DNA from: Eledone cirrhosa
Lineage: Eukaryota
DNA: 64,000 nt
Assembly (NCBI GenBank): GCA_964016885.1
Contig: OZ024743.1
Coordinates: forward strand, 218,054,001-218,118,000
Direction: 5' to 3'
Positions 1-12,919 of the stretch are shown here, piece by piece. Made by a program: the position numbers and the translations under genes. Numbering within the stretch: the stretch's first letter is position 1; each line of letters starts with the position of its first letter. Below the pieces are notes generated by a model. That model did not search any database. It was not told the origin of the DNA and was given only the letters and a program-made list of their open reading frames with translations.

Positions 1-1517
1 GTTATGTTTTGGGGAGGGGTGGGCTTTTTTATTTGTGATGTTTGTTCTGTTTGTGCTGGTGGCTGTGTGTTTGTGGCATTTTTGTTAATGTGGTGCCTTT
101 TTTTTTTCCTTTTCACCTGTTGAAAGGGTTCTCCCTCGTCGTCACTGGGTGACGTTGATACGGAGTCCTCTTCCGTGTTGTTGGGGAGGGGTATATTTTG
201 GCGTTTTGTTGTGGTTGCTTTTGTATTTGTTTTAGGTGGGGAGGGATTGGGTGGAACAGTGTTTTGTGTTGTTATTTTTCCGTGTTGTTGTTGTGGTGGT
301 GGTGGTGGTGGTTGTGTTGTTGTGTTCGGGGTTGGCAGAAGAGCCTTTTTTTTTTACTCGTTAATTAAGGACAGGCAGCCCTCAGGTGACCCCTGCTTAA
401 GCAGTGGAAACATGACGGCCGCCTTCCCTCCACTGAAATGTTTATATAAGTTAGCCCGTCCAGAGGCACGCGTTGTGGGATATTCGCTATTCGTTCTGGG
501 CTCATTTGCACCAGAACTTCTACTGTGGTCCCACCAAATACACCTCCGGAGCACTTTCCTATTGAAATTATATTGTCTTCGTCCAAGTTTATTATTCCAC
601 ATAGTATCCACCAAATGTTTACATTTGGTGTGATACTCATTATTTTTATTCTTTTTGTCCTTTTTCCCCTGTATGTGGGGTAAAAGGTGAAGTGGGGGGA
701 CACAATGGGTGCTATCGAGTACTTTTGAGCTGTTGACTGGTTGTTCATCAGCACCGAAATGCTACCAAACAGTTTACCTTTTTGTATGAAGGTTAAGTCC
801 TTCATTGCGTCTTTTAGAACCAGCTCAATCTCATTTTGTGATAATTGCGCTGGTTTTCTTGTTACGTTCGATATTGTCCTGAAAACCACAGTTTTAAGGA
901 CAGCCTCTCTACGTAATTCCTGTGGAGAATTAATGCTAAAAGCACCGTTTTCACCAAAAGTCACAAATTGTTTTGCGTCTTGTAATAGTTGTTTAGCATT
1001 TGTTATGTCTATTGGCGTGTATAGTTCGTTTTTTTTTACGGTCTGTGCAAATGTTGTTTTGGTGTTGTTGTCTTTCGTGTTACTGTCACTGTTGGTAATA
1101 TTGGTGTTGCTATTGTTGCAGTTGTTGGTTGTGGTGTTGTTGTCATTGTTCTTGTTGTTGGTGCTGCTATTATTTGCCGGATTTGCTTTCGCGGTTTCGA
1201 TATTTTCCACGTTTTTCGATGATGCAAGGGGGGATGGCTGCAAGCTTTGCACTCCTACCTTCCCTCCACCACTTTTCTTAGTGGGCGTGGCACTCACGAC
1301 AGTGTGCGAGGTGGAAATGGCATCCATTGCCACCAAGTCTACAGTTTTTAGATGAAAATTGAAAATTTCGCCCCAGATAGGGGCGAAAATTTGTTGACTT
1401 AACGTCTGACGGCCAAGGCAAGGCGCTAAACCAAACAATGTTATTAAATTGATTAATAAACTCACAGTTCTTTTTTACAACAATCCGCAAAAATCCGGAG
1501 CAAAGTAAATCACGTCT
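1..1517 (-). mobile_element. Tx1/L1-group non-LTR retrotransposon copy A: 5' UTR and ORF1, runs off the left edge
   Basis: Minus-strand 5' end AGACGTG matches the start of the copy at 26879; ORF1 is homologous to 27073-28954 (GAFSI..P.E.R.E, KLFGSISVLM, VNIWWILCG). Confidence 0.85.
365..1327 (-). pseudogene. ORF1p (gag-like RNA-binding protein with CCHC zinc knuckle), premature stop after the knuckle
   Basis: MDAISTSH... Asn-rich N-terminus, CFHCLSRGHLRAACP (CX2CX4HX4C); homology to the paralog continues past the TAA toward position 1. Confidence 0.8.
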
Positions 1518-1919
1518 ATATCAAGTGTTAATTGATATAGAGAGGGAGATTGGAACAGAGTTCCGTGTAGTAATGTAGGTTTTGGTAGTTTCACCCCAAA
1601 CTACTAAAACACACATTTATTCTGACAGTTTTAGAGTACAAAGAGCTAAACCATATGTGCAACATATTCCATTGGTGGATCACTTTTGAACATTGGAACA
1701 ACTATTTGGGCCAATCACTGTCAGAAATATGTAATCTAATGAAAACCACAACTTCTTTCCATAACATGGAACTTGGATATTATAACACACACAACTCAGT
1801 GAAACCCTTTAGTTTAGGTAAACTAACAGAAAATTGTATTACGGATACGAAAAAAATTCTAAATAACACTACAAAGTAAACATTTAAAACGGTCATCGCG
1901 GACCACTCTGACTGGTGAT

Positions 1920-4900
1920 GTAATTGCTGTCAGCAAGACCAGGATTTCCGACACGGGCGCACTAGCCCCCATTTTCGACGACTATCAGATCTTCGCATCT
2001 GTTAGTCGGCCGGAAATGGGAGGTAGGGTGGCAGTGCTGTTTAGGAAAGGCCTGGATCTCGAGGTAAGGTCGATCTTCCGGCACCCGGACGGTAAGTTGG
2101 TAGTCTGGACGTGAACGATAGCGAACGTGGTGCCTTTAGACTGGTGGCCGTCTACGCTCCTACTGGGGAAGGACGGCCGGACTTCTTTAGACGCCTGGAA
2201 GCCTTTCTGGGTACGCCTCGCCCTTTACTGTTAGCGAGGGACTGGAACGGCATCTTAGACGCACGCTGGGACTGTGTGGGAGTATCCGATAGGAGCGGGG
2301 GGTGCAACTGTCTGACAAGTACCGACTAGATTTCCCTAATGCGCCAGTGTGGACCTGAACCAACTGCATAGGGTCATCTAGATCGTATATAGACAGGATA
2401 TTCATTAGGAAAATAGACAGAAATTGTGTAAGCTGTCCACGTTTTAAAACGGATGCCTATTCAGATCACAAGTTTGTGATCTGTATGGTCGACCTAAATA
2501 AGACACGTAGGTTAGGACCTGGTTACTGGAAGCTGAACATGTCGTTTCCGGCACGTAAGGCTTACAGGGACCAGGTCAATAATTTAGTTAAGAAAAGGTT
2601 GACAGGGCGAATCGTGTACAGTAGATGGTGTGGGGAGGGGGTGCTCTCAAAAGAAAGATTAGAGTAATGTCGATAGGGTTTAGCAAAGAAGTAGCGTTAG
2701 ATAAAAATAGAAAGGAGGGGGAGCTGGTAGATAAGTTAGACGAGGCTATTTGTAGTGGCATTGCAACTGACCTTCTAGCGGCGAGAATGGCATGAGACCA
2801 TTACTTCAATGCGAAACACGAAGGTTGCATTGTCAGAGCTACGGCGCGTGCTCTAAGAAACGAGGGAACCAAAGCTGTTCGATGGGCCCGCGTGGCAGAG
2901 GCGCAGCGTGGTAATAAAACCACCATTCGGTCTTTGACGGACCGAGACGGACACGAGCTGAGCGATTCCAAAGCGGATGAGGTCGGGCCTTTCGCCAACA
3001 TTTTGCTTGGTTGTTCGGGGGAAGTGGCGGGTCAGAGACGGTGGCGGACTTCAGTCCCTACTTCAATGGCTTGCCACAACTCTCGGCAGCCGACGCTGAG
3101 CGCTGCGAAAAGCCGATTACTTCAGCCGCGATTCAGGATGCCATTGTCGGCTGCATGAGGCGCAATTCACCCGGTTTGGATAGTCTGCCCTACGAGCTTT
3201 ACGTGAATATGCTGCGAGGAAGTTTTCACTGAAAGGTCGGGCGTAGCGCTCTGCTGCAGCTGGCAGCAGAACGGGAGTACTCCCAGTTCTGTGAGCCGGG
3301 GAGTAGTGACGCTGATAAGGAAAGACGAGAACAAGAGGGACACATTAGACAATTTCAGGCCCATAACTCTGCTCAACACAGAGTTTAAGATTTTGGCCAA
3401 CGTGTTGGCGAAGAGGTTGGCGCTTGTCGTTGAGGATTTGCTTGGGAGGCGCAAACTTTCGCAATCCCTGCCAGGTCCATACACGACAACCTCCACGTCA
3501 TGTGATACTTCATAGAGAGGGTAGGGTGTAAACCTGGCTTTCTGTGGGGCTCTGATCAATTAGATCAATCAAAAGCATTCGATAGGGTCGACCATCGGTA
3601 CCTCCCTTCTGTGCGTATTGATCTTGAGCCTTTACTGCGGAAGCTGGAGTTGTTGCAGGGCATCCCGCTCGAACCAGAACCCGAAAAGGCTGCGTCGGCT
3701 TATGCGGACGACTTCACGGTGATGGTGTCGGACACCTCGGAAGTCGAGGTGGTCGGCAACTTATTGGAGGAATATGAAAGGTTGACGGGAGCAAAACTTA
3801 AACCGGAAGTCGGTGGGCTTGCAACTCGGCACCTGGAGAGGCAAATCATGACGTCCAACAACATCGTTGGGCGCTGGACGGACGGACCGGTAAAGTTGCT
3901 CGGGGTTTGTTTCGGGCCAGACCTCCATGTGGATAAGAATTGGGACAAGGTGATGGGCAGGGTAGCCAGTCTCACCCAGAAATGGGTTGCGAGGAAGCTA
4001 TCACTGAAAGGTCGGGCGGAGGTGGCGAACGTGTACATCGCGTCCGTCATCTACTACAGCCTGACCGGCGCCCCTTGCCCCGTTCGCGCCTCGCCAATTT
4101 GGAACGGCTCCTCTTCCAATTATTGTGGAGGGGACAGGTTCCGTTGGTGAGGCGGTCCATCTGCTGCCAGCACCCTCTACGTAGAGAGTTGGGCATGCCA
4201 TGGCTAATGATGCGCAGACATGCGCTGAGGCTGCGACATCTCCAGATATTCTGCTTAAACGGTGAACAGGTGTGGTTGCCGTTTGTCAGCCGGGCCTTTC
4301 CGCAACTCGTCTCTTTGCTGCAGTCCTGGATCAAGAAGTGACTGAGACTGGGTGACTGGCATATGGAATGTTGCCAGTCACTCACCGCCCTCTACCAGGT
4401 GGGCAATGCGGTCAGTGGAACTCCACTCTGGAGTTCTATAGAGGATTAGTGGTGGGCAAGCGCGACGACGCACTCAGCAAGGCTCTGGGCATCGGCGAAG
4501 TCGAACTAACCAGTCTGTTCCGGACGACTTTCGAACCGGGGATGATGGAAAAAAAAATCCCTCGCATGGCAGTGCTACCGGGGGGCACTGCCGGTTCGAG
4601 ATAAACTCTACAGGCACGGAAGTGCTGTCAGACAGACCTGCCCGAGATATGCACAGAGCGACGAAACCGTTCTGCACTCACTCGTCCAGTGTCCGTGCAT
4701 TACTGACTTGTGGAGTTATGTCGAACAGCTGTTGTCGCGTGTAGAACGGATCCGGCTATCAGCTGAGTCCATAGTGAAGATCGACCCGCCGCCTTCTTTT
4801 GGCCAGGAAGAGCAGGCAATTTTCCTCTGTCGGATGGCAGTAGCGAAAGAGGTTGTATGGTGGACGAGGTTGAAAGGACTGAAGACAGACACTTTTCTCT

Positions 4901-5308
4901 TCGGCCAATCCCTCATCAACTTTTTCAAGTTTCACTTGGAAAGGAAGGTGAGGGTGGCGAGAGAAGTGCTGCCCACCGCAGTACATTTGCTGAAAGGTGG
5001 TTGAATGTGACGAGAATGGCCCGTATGAGTGGGCCTACTCTGGTCATGCACCTGTAGGTGGGTGAATTTGAGGAGGAGGGGGTGCCCACCCCGAGTGCTC
5101 TCGAAGTGTCGGGTCATTCAGGATTGGTGGGATACCTGAGTGAACCCTGTGTGGTCATCTTCCCTATTGGGGAATTTTCCTTGTATTTTTATTGTTATTT
5201 TTTGTTATTGTTATTTATATTGTTTATAAGTTGTATATGTAAAGCCCCACTGTCCCTGTCTTCCACATTGCCTCCTATATGTCGGCCCTTGTGGCCAATA
5301 AATGAAAC
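1920..5308 (+). mobile_element. Tx1-group copy B: 5'-truncated, degraded ORF2 (APE-RT) plus 3' UTR, followed by (TAT)n
   Basis: AVYAP, DWNGILD, GYWKLN, NFRPITLLNTEFKILA, AYADD, LSLKGRA in shifting frames; deletion near 3603 removes the RT QG motif; ends AATAAATGAAAC then TATTATTATTATTA. Confidence 0.9.
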
Positions 5309-5439
5309 TATTATTATTATTACAAAACATTCATTGTCATTGAAGCTAATGCTGCTCCTGCTGCTACTGCTACTGCTACTACTACTACTACTACTACTGC
5401 AGCTACAACTACTATTTCATTCCATTTAATGTCTCATAA

Positions 5440-5504
5440 TCTTAATGGGGATATATATAGAGATATGCATATATGTCTATCTGTGTACACACATGCAGAC
5501 ACAA

Positions 5505-5560
<56 letters not shown>

Positions 5561-5582
5561 CTTTATATATGTATATACATAT

Positions 5583-5616
<34 letters not shown>

Positions 5617-5670
5617 ATATTACATATATATATCTTTATATATATATATATATATGCACATACATACACA
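5440..5670. repeat. (CA)n/(TA)n compound microsatellite
   Basis: Seen directly. Confidence 0.95.
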
Positions 5671-6379
5671 AAGATAGCAATGATAAATTAAATTCAAGAC
5701 TATTTCAAGAACGTTTTATTATTCCAAATGACTTGCTTCTATTCTAACCACTTATATTTTGATGTTTTAAAACAGGTGGGGTAAATTAGATACAATTTTA
5801 ACAACGAAATTACGAAAAACAACAATATGTTTTCCTTTCCTATTCATCCATAAACATCTTTGTTTTCTTTTATCTCTCAATATTTATTTTATTTGGTTGA
5901 TATTGTTTACTTATCAAATTATCGTATTATATATTAGATTCACTCCGATTTAATTTCAAGTTATTTATTTTGAGATTATAACTTTGGTCGTTCAATAGAA
6001 TTATTTGAATGCGTTTATATTACAATATAATTTATATCTTTCTGAAACACAACAGAAATTTAATTTCATCTGTAACTTTTCTTTGTTCCGTATTTGTTTA
6101 TATATGTTTAGATAGAAACGTGTTCAGTCTGCTTACTTTCTCCATTAGTCTGGGTTTGGTCGGAATATATATATAGGAGAGCCAATATTTATATATATAT
6201 ATATTTATACATATATATCCTATGTATATGTTTACGTCCACAGGCACACACAAATATACACAGACATACACATCCCTACACTATATATATATATATATAT
6301 TATAATATAATATATTATATATTATATAAAATAATGTAATATATTATCCATATTTTAAAAGGAGTGAACAGAGAATCAG

Positions 6380-6522
6380 TCAAGACACACACACACATAT
6401 ATATATATGTATATATATGTATGTATGTATATATATATATTTATGTGTGTGTGTGTGTGCGTGTATGTATATATATGCATATGTACATATATAAATAAAC
6501 ACATGCATATATAAATATAATG

Positions 6523-6563
<41 letters not shown>

Positions 6564-6886
6564 ATATATAATATGTATATATAAATATATAAATATACAA
6601 ATATATCGAATTAAAATGAAAATATATTGTTTTACCCTAGACATAATTATGTTTGTGGGAGATAAACCTATATAAATCTATCCTTTACATTAGCAGGACC
6701 CCAAACGAAATATTCGATCAAATTTGCATCGTTTACATATAGTCGTGACTGGCATAAGGCAAAATCCAACTAAAGAAATCTGGAATTTAAGTTTCAAATA
6801 AACTAATTTTGTTATATGTACGTATGTATATATTTATATCTATATCTGCGTGTGCGTGTGTATTTATGTATGTATATATGTATGAA

Positions 6887-6939
<53 letters not shown>

Positions 6940-6982
6940 CCCTCCCAAAGTATAACAATATATATATATATATATATATATA
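6380..6982. repeat. (TA)n/(TG)n microsatellite cluster
   Basis: Seen directly, with short unique spacers. Confidence 0.85.
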
Positions 6983-7060
6983 ACGAAGGAAATGTGGTAA
7001 GGAACCAGGTGGACCATTAACGCACCAAAGTACTCAATACTTAGGGTAGTAGAGTGGGTA

Positions 7061-7175
7061 ATAGGAACAAGTAGGACCCCGACGGCTGAGCTCAAGCCGT
7101 TTCGACGGCTAATTCGTACAGAATTAGCCGTCGAAACGGCTTGAGCTCAGCCGTCGGGGTCTTACTTGTTCCTAT
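7061..7175 (+). repeat. 55-bp-arm inverted repeat containing the 3' half of a type I hammerhead ribozyme motif
   Basis: Arms 7061-7115 and 7121-7175, loop GTACA, one mismatch; right arm reads C-GAAAC-GGCT-loop-AGCC-GTC. Confidence 0.8.
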
Positions 7176-7381
7176 ATATATATATATATATGTGTGTAGA
7201 AGTTATATTTAATTTGTTGGGATACAACAAGCAAATGTTTTTATAACTGATATAAAGCACTCAACGAAATTTTTGGAGTAAAAATACAATATATTAACAG
7301 ATGGAAACTATATTGGTGTCCTTGAAATATGTATAATGAAATAAATATGGTTTTATAAATATAGTTTACATTTGTTAATAT

Positions 7382-7458
<77 letters not shown>

Positions 7459-7859
7459 TATCATATTAGTAAAGAATGAACCCTGACTATAGAAACATAG
7501 AGGAATATTTATACATAATAATACATGTAAAATATCTGCCAGTTCCATAGACGTTATTGACAAAAGCATATATTCTCGATTTTCAGAAGTTGTATTTGTG
7601 TCTTGTCAAAGCTTATCATCAGTTTTGAATAGGAAATGGTTTATTTCCGGTGGTTATATTTTTTTTAAATTGTATCTTTCTGATCCAGCAGACGTTACAC
7701 TGTGCAGTTACATGAGTGAGTAATGTTCATTGTTAAAACTAGTTGTTGGATATGTGCTTATAATGGAGCTCGTCTACAATACCATAATGTATACATAAAG
7801 GTAATCACTATATATTGTGATTAATATGCATGACCTTTTAAAAGTGGTTTGTTGGAATG

Positions 7860-8175
7860 GTTGGTTGCCACATCTAGAATAAGGAGCAGATATTGCAATA
7901 GCCTGGGGTTCAAAGGCCCTCAACTCTTGAACAAGCTGCCAAGAAATTTGAGAGGCCTGCATGATGTGGACGTGGATGTTTTCAAGAAACATCTTGACAC
8001 CTTGCTAACCAGGATACGGGATGAGCCCACATGACGGTACGAAGGTAACCTAAGGGCAGCAGCAACGAACTCCCTCTCACACCAATGGCCAGCCAACAGA
8101 GGCTGGAGATAGAATGTGTAACAATGGAGGTGTCCCAGCATGGCCTCAGTCGGATGGTTGGAACACATAACTTTA
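7860..8175 (+). mobile_element. 3' fragment of a CR1/L2-group LINE ORF2
   Basis: RYCNSLGFKGPQLLNKLPRNLR..VDVFKKHLDTLLTRIRDEP..RAAATNSL resembles the C-terminus of invertebrate CR1-group LINEs. Confidence 0.6.
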
Positions 8176-9049
8176 ATAATAAAAACAGTGTTGCTATTAT
8201 TGGGTATAAACTTTACAAGAGGGTTTAAAGCTCATTGCAATAGGGTTCACTCAGAGCTGATATATAAAGAATAAGAAACTCCAAAGACTCAATATGCTAT
8301 AAAACTAGCAGATGTGAGATTATAAAATTAGAAATTTTAGAATTTTCTTTAGAAAATATAAACATATATATATATATTAACATATACATTTATATATAAA
8401 CATATATATATTAAAAACAACAGAAGGCCGGATTGGAAACTTTATCATTTTAGTTCCGCAGAAACACTATACATATTTCAATGGCAAAACTTAATCATCC
8501 GAATATGATGCAAGATCCAAGTGATTACATCGAGTGTTAATTGCAGAATTATATATATAGAAGAACGGGACTTTAGCAACCGCAAATAGAGTATAGAAAA
8601 TAGAAAAGAGAGGATCGAATTTGATTCGGGGATGGCCCGCCAATCCCGTGTTACTGTAACAGCAGGCCATACCTATAACAATAACACGGAAACCGCGTTA
8701 CTCCTTAATTCATAATCTACAAATAGCTGAGATATCTGGAACTTTCACAATTTGTAAAATATCCTGGCGATTTGAAAGATGAACGCTTACACAAGAGACG
8801 GCGACAATTTCTTTTCCTGTACAACCTTTCTACCAAGATGGCCGGTCAAAAATAAACAGAAAATTAAGGTAAAGACAGAACATACATATATGTACATACG
8901 ATAATAAACACAAGCAACGATAAGCACGCATATATTCACGCATACAACACATACAGGAGAACGTGTCGTGCAGTATGAATAACTGTCGATTCTGTTCTGA
9001 AGCATCAGCAACTGAATATAAACTGTATCCATGGTGACAAAAAAGGGGA

Positions 9050-9228
9050 AGAAGAAGAAGAACAACAACAACAACAACAACATCAAGAAGAAGAAGAACA
9101 ACAACAAGTACAAGAGTGAGAGAACAAAAAGAACAGTACTAACAAAAAGTGCAGCATCAATTACTAACATGAGAGCAAAAAGAAATGAATAATTGGTGGT
9201 GGTGGTGGTGATGGTAGTAGTAGTAGTG

Positions 9229-9263
<35 letters not shown>

Positions 9264-9460
9264 TGTGCAGGTGGTGGTGGTAGTAACGGTGGTGGTGGTG
9301 GTAGTGTTAGTGGTGGTGGAGGTGGTGGTAGTAATGGTGGTGGTGATGGTAGTGTTAGTGGTGGTGGAGGTGGTAGTAGTAGTGGTGGTGGTGGTGGTAG
9401 TACTGATGGTAGTAGTGGTGGTGGTAGTAGGAGGAGGAGGAGGAAGAGGGGGGGGGGGAG
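9050..9460. repeat. (GAA)/(CAA) and (GGT)/(AGT) trinucleotide repeats
   Basis: Seen directly. Confidence 0.9.
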
Positions 9461-9624
9461 TATATGAAAGGAAAAGAAGGGAGTGCCATAACCTTTATTC
9501 TGTCCTGTCAAACTTGACGTGTTTAATGTGTCAGTGTATGAGTCATGCGTTGTACCTAGAATGACCATGACCTTATGAACTGCACCAGGTAATCAAGTTT
9601 ACTTAAGATCTCGTTTGTAATTAC

Positions 9625-10580
9625 CCCCGGGTGGTTTTCTGCTAGCATGTGTAGTGTGTATATTGATATTATATGCAAGTATATATACATGTAGATATGA
9701 TACATCAAATAAAATCGTAATTGACAATATACACAGAAATTGAACGAAGACTGTGTTACATTGTCTTATGTAATCAGTAAAGTAATCCATGATACATTAA
9801 AAAAAGACGATATTATATATAAACTGCATTAGGAGAAAATTAGTGACGGAAATATATGAATGTTTATTTAAGCGATTGCTAACCGGAAGTGTTGAAAATT
9901 TTAAAGAAGTTAATCCTAAAATATGCCACAGAATTATTTATATTTAATCAAGAATAACGAAATTTAGTAGATAAATTATGTAATATTCATTCATTATTTA
10001 TTCAATGAGTTCAAATCCCGCCGAGGTTAACTTTGCCTTTCATCCTTCCGGGGTCGATAGAATAAAGTACCAGTAATGCATTGATAATTGCTGGCCTTGT
10101 GCCAAAAGTAGAAACAATTATTTATTCAATGCCGTTCAATTTATTCGGATGCCATGCTTTGAAGCATAGAGTTACCTCCCTGTATGATCTGAGTTCAAAT
10201 CCCGCCGAGGTTAACTTTGCTTTCATCCTTCCGGGGTCGATAGAATAAAGTACCAGTAATGCATTGGGTAATTGCTGGCCTTGTGCCAAAAGTAGAAACA
10301 ATTATTTATTCAATGCCGTTCAATTTATTCGGATGCCATGCTTTGAAGCATAGAGTTACCTCCCTGTATGATCTGAGTTCAAATCCCGCCGAGGTTAACT
10401 TTGCTTTCATCCTTCCGGGGTCGACAGAATAAAGTACCAGTAATGCATTGGGTAATTGCTGGCCTTGTGCCAAAAGTAGAAACAATTATTTATTCAAAGT
10501 AATTCAACTTATTTTACAAACGGGATAAAAAAATATATTCTGGACGCAGTCCCGCACTCCTTACTTCATTATAGTTTAGA
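9625..10580 (-). mobile_element. Non-autonomous Helitron-like element copy 1, 3' end eroded, carrying a SINE trimer
   Basis: Minus-strand 5' end A|TCTAAACTATAATGAAG at 10580; both ends are homologous to the ends of 10624-12898. Confidence 0.6.
10006..10497 (+). mobile_element. Tandem trimer (184-bp period) of a tRNA-derived SINE with a Meta-like domain
   Basis: TGAGTTCAAATCCC (B-box-like) at 10006, 10190, 10374, each followed by TTTCATCCTTCCGGGGTCGA.AGAATAAAGTACCAG; flanked by ATTATTTATTCAA repeats. Confidence 0.85.
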
Positions 10581-10737
10581 TTATAATCACAAAGACCAAA
10601 TTGAGAAAGATATATTATGATAACTAGCAGAAAAACTGCCCTTGGGCCGGTTTTCTGCTAGCATATGTAGTGTGCATATTATACGCAAATATATATGCAT
10701 ATAGATATATGTAAATTGAAAAGTAAATTGACAATAT

Positions 10738-11420
10738 CTTCTTCTTCGCTCACTTATTTCTGAGAGGGTCGTGAGGGCAGAGTCCTTCTCAAACACTCCT
10801 TCCAGCGTGTCTGTCAGAAGCAAACATCTGTAACTGATGCAGCTGGATCCCAAAGCGTGACCAGCCAAGCTCATGGATGTTATCGAACTATCTTGCTCAG
10901 GGTCTACCTCTGGATCTCTTGACGGTTGGTTTTTGCCTGTAAAATGCGTCTAGTGATTCTTTACTGAGACATTCTAACCTCATGCTCATAATATCGGAGT
11001 TGTGATCTCTCAATTCGGAGAAGTAGTGGCTCTACCAGGAGTGACTCTCTGATCTCTGATCTATGCACTTTATCGAGTAACGTTACTTCAAAGACCCTTT
11101 GGAGGAACCCCATTTCTGCCGCTTTTATTTGCAATTTTATTCTTTTTGTCATTACTCAATATTCATGATCCTCAGTAAGAGTTGGCAGGAATGCCAGGAA
11201 GACAGCGAGTTTTGCTTTTACACCTACCGCCCTTCATCTGATTGCTGAATGCTGAGGCTGCCGCATTACTGCATCAGCTTTTGAAATTCTTGCACTTAAT
11301 TCAGCCTCCTGCATTCCATCAATCATGACCACGGCTCCAAGATACTTGAACTTCTCTAACTGCTTCAGTAGAATTCCATTCACATGTATATAAATTTGAG
11401 GAATTTCTGTCCACCCTTCC
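10738..11420 (-). mobile_element. RTE-clade LINE 3' fragment with (GAA)n tail
   Basis: LKQLEKFKYLG, IKAAEMGFLQRV..VTLLDKVHRSEIRESL.VEPLLLRIERSQLRY; GAAGAAGAAG at the 3' end. Confidence 0.85.
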
Positions 11421-11559
11421 ATCACACAATGTGTTTGTGTGTTTGTGTGAATGTATGTGTGTGTAAAAGGAAGGAAAGGGATACACACATATATGTCTCT
11501 AACTTAAAAACAGTGACATACACACACACACGTCTCTAATTTAAAAACACCGACAAACT

Positions 11560-12060
11560 CGCGCTTGCACGCTAAACGGAACAAAATCCTAAAATACCGT
11601 GTTCTGTCAGCTAACGAGACGTTTGGGAGAGTCGGGCTACTGACAGCGAGGTTCTTATCTTCACTGGCGGCTCGCCAAACAGAGGTAACTCGTGATGCTC
11701 GTGAGGGAACTTGGTTGTTCCAGCGCCTCAGCCTCGCCATCACCCCAGGTAACGCCGCGAGCGTGCTGGCCTGCCTCAAAAATTATTAGAGAGGTTTCCC
11801 AGTGCTCCTCGCTATATTGCTATCTTTTGCTCTGGTAGCGGCTCGTTTTTCCATTCTTTAGCCTGCATGTTATTCTATGGGATCTAAGATGTGGGTATTA
11901 CGTGCGTGTGTATTTTTTTCTCTTTCTTTTTTTCCTTTCCCTTTCCTTTGTATATATTATATTTGTTAGTGTTCTCGTTCTGTAATCATTATATTAAATT
12001 TTTATACAAATGAGTTTTTAAAAAAGAGGTAAACTGTGTTGTTAATAAATAAATAAAAAG
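11560..12060 (+). mobile_element. CRE-like (RLE-type) retrotransposon 3' fragment plus 3' UTR
   Basis: KILKY...ETFG...WLFQRLSLAI..GNAASVL, the typical RLE C-terminus of CRE-like elements. Confidence 0.7.
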
Positions 12061-12490
12061 TTGTACTTTTACCCTCCCATTTCCAATTCACCGAACTCTA
12101 TCATGACTGTATGTGTGTGTTTGTGTAAATGTATGTGTGAATGTGTGTTTGTGTGAATGTATGTATGTGTTTGTGTGAAAGTATGTGTATTTGTGTGAAT
12201 GGGACGTCACAGTTAGTGACTCTTGCTTCTTCCCACATCCTGGATGCAGCGGTATGGGTGAAAGCTACAGCATATATATTATATTTGTTAGTGTTTTCGT
12301 TCTGTAAGCATTATATTAAATTTTTATACAAATGAGTTTTTAAAAAAAAGAGTTAAACTGTCTTGTTAATAAATAAATAAAACGTTATATTTGTTTTACC
12401 CTCCCGTTTCCAATTCACCGGACGCTATCATGACTGTATGTATGTGTTTGTGTAAGTGTGTGTTTGTGTGAATGTTTTTGTGTGAAAGTA
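11950..12490 (+). repeat. Local direct duplication, about 11950-12200 vs 12270-12490
   Basis: TATATATTATATTTGTTAGTGTT...CCAATTCACCG...TATCATGACTGTATG occurs twice. Confidence 0.8.
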
Positions 12491-12919
12491 TGTGTATTTA
12501 TTTGAATGTATGTCCGTGAGTGTGTATTTTTATAAATTTGTGTTTGCGCGATTATAGTTATATACTCATACATATAGATGTATGTGCACAATCATACGCA
12601 TCAGCGTGTAGAAAGTCATAATCATTCTATCTCTCTCATCACAAACTCTCTCTTTTTATATATATTGTAGTTGAAGTGGTGGTGGCGACGATATACCGGA
12701 AGTCTAGAAATGTGTAACTTTGAAAAGAAGTCAATTTTAAATTATTTATAAATACGAAATTTAGTTACGAAATTTAGTACATAAATTAAGTAATATTCAT
12801 TCATTATTTATTCAAAGTAATCGAACTAATTTTACAAACGGGATAAAAACTTATATTCGGGATGCAGTCCCGCACTCCTTTCTTTATTATAGTTAAGATT
12901 ACTATTAGTATTAGTAGTG

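Larger units (their letters stand above)
10624..12898 (-). mobile_element. Non-autonomous Helitron-like element copy 2 with nested RTE and CRE fragments
   Basis: Minus-strand 5' A|TCTTAACTATAATAAAG at 12898; 3' GC-rich hairpin then CTAG|T at 10624. Confidence 0.6.

Noticed and set aside
741-1355. Hydrophobic membrane-protein-like ORFs, also 27066-27674 and 58015-58413
   Set aside because: Antisense shadows of AAC/ACA-rich ORF1 sequence.
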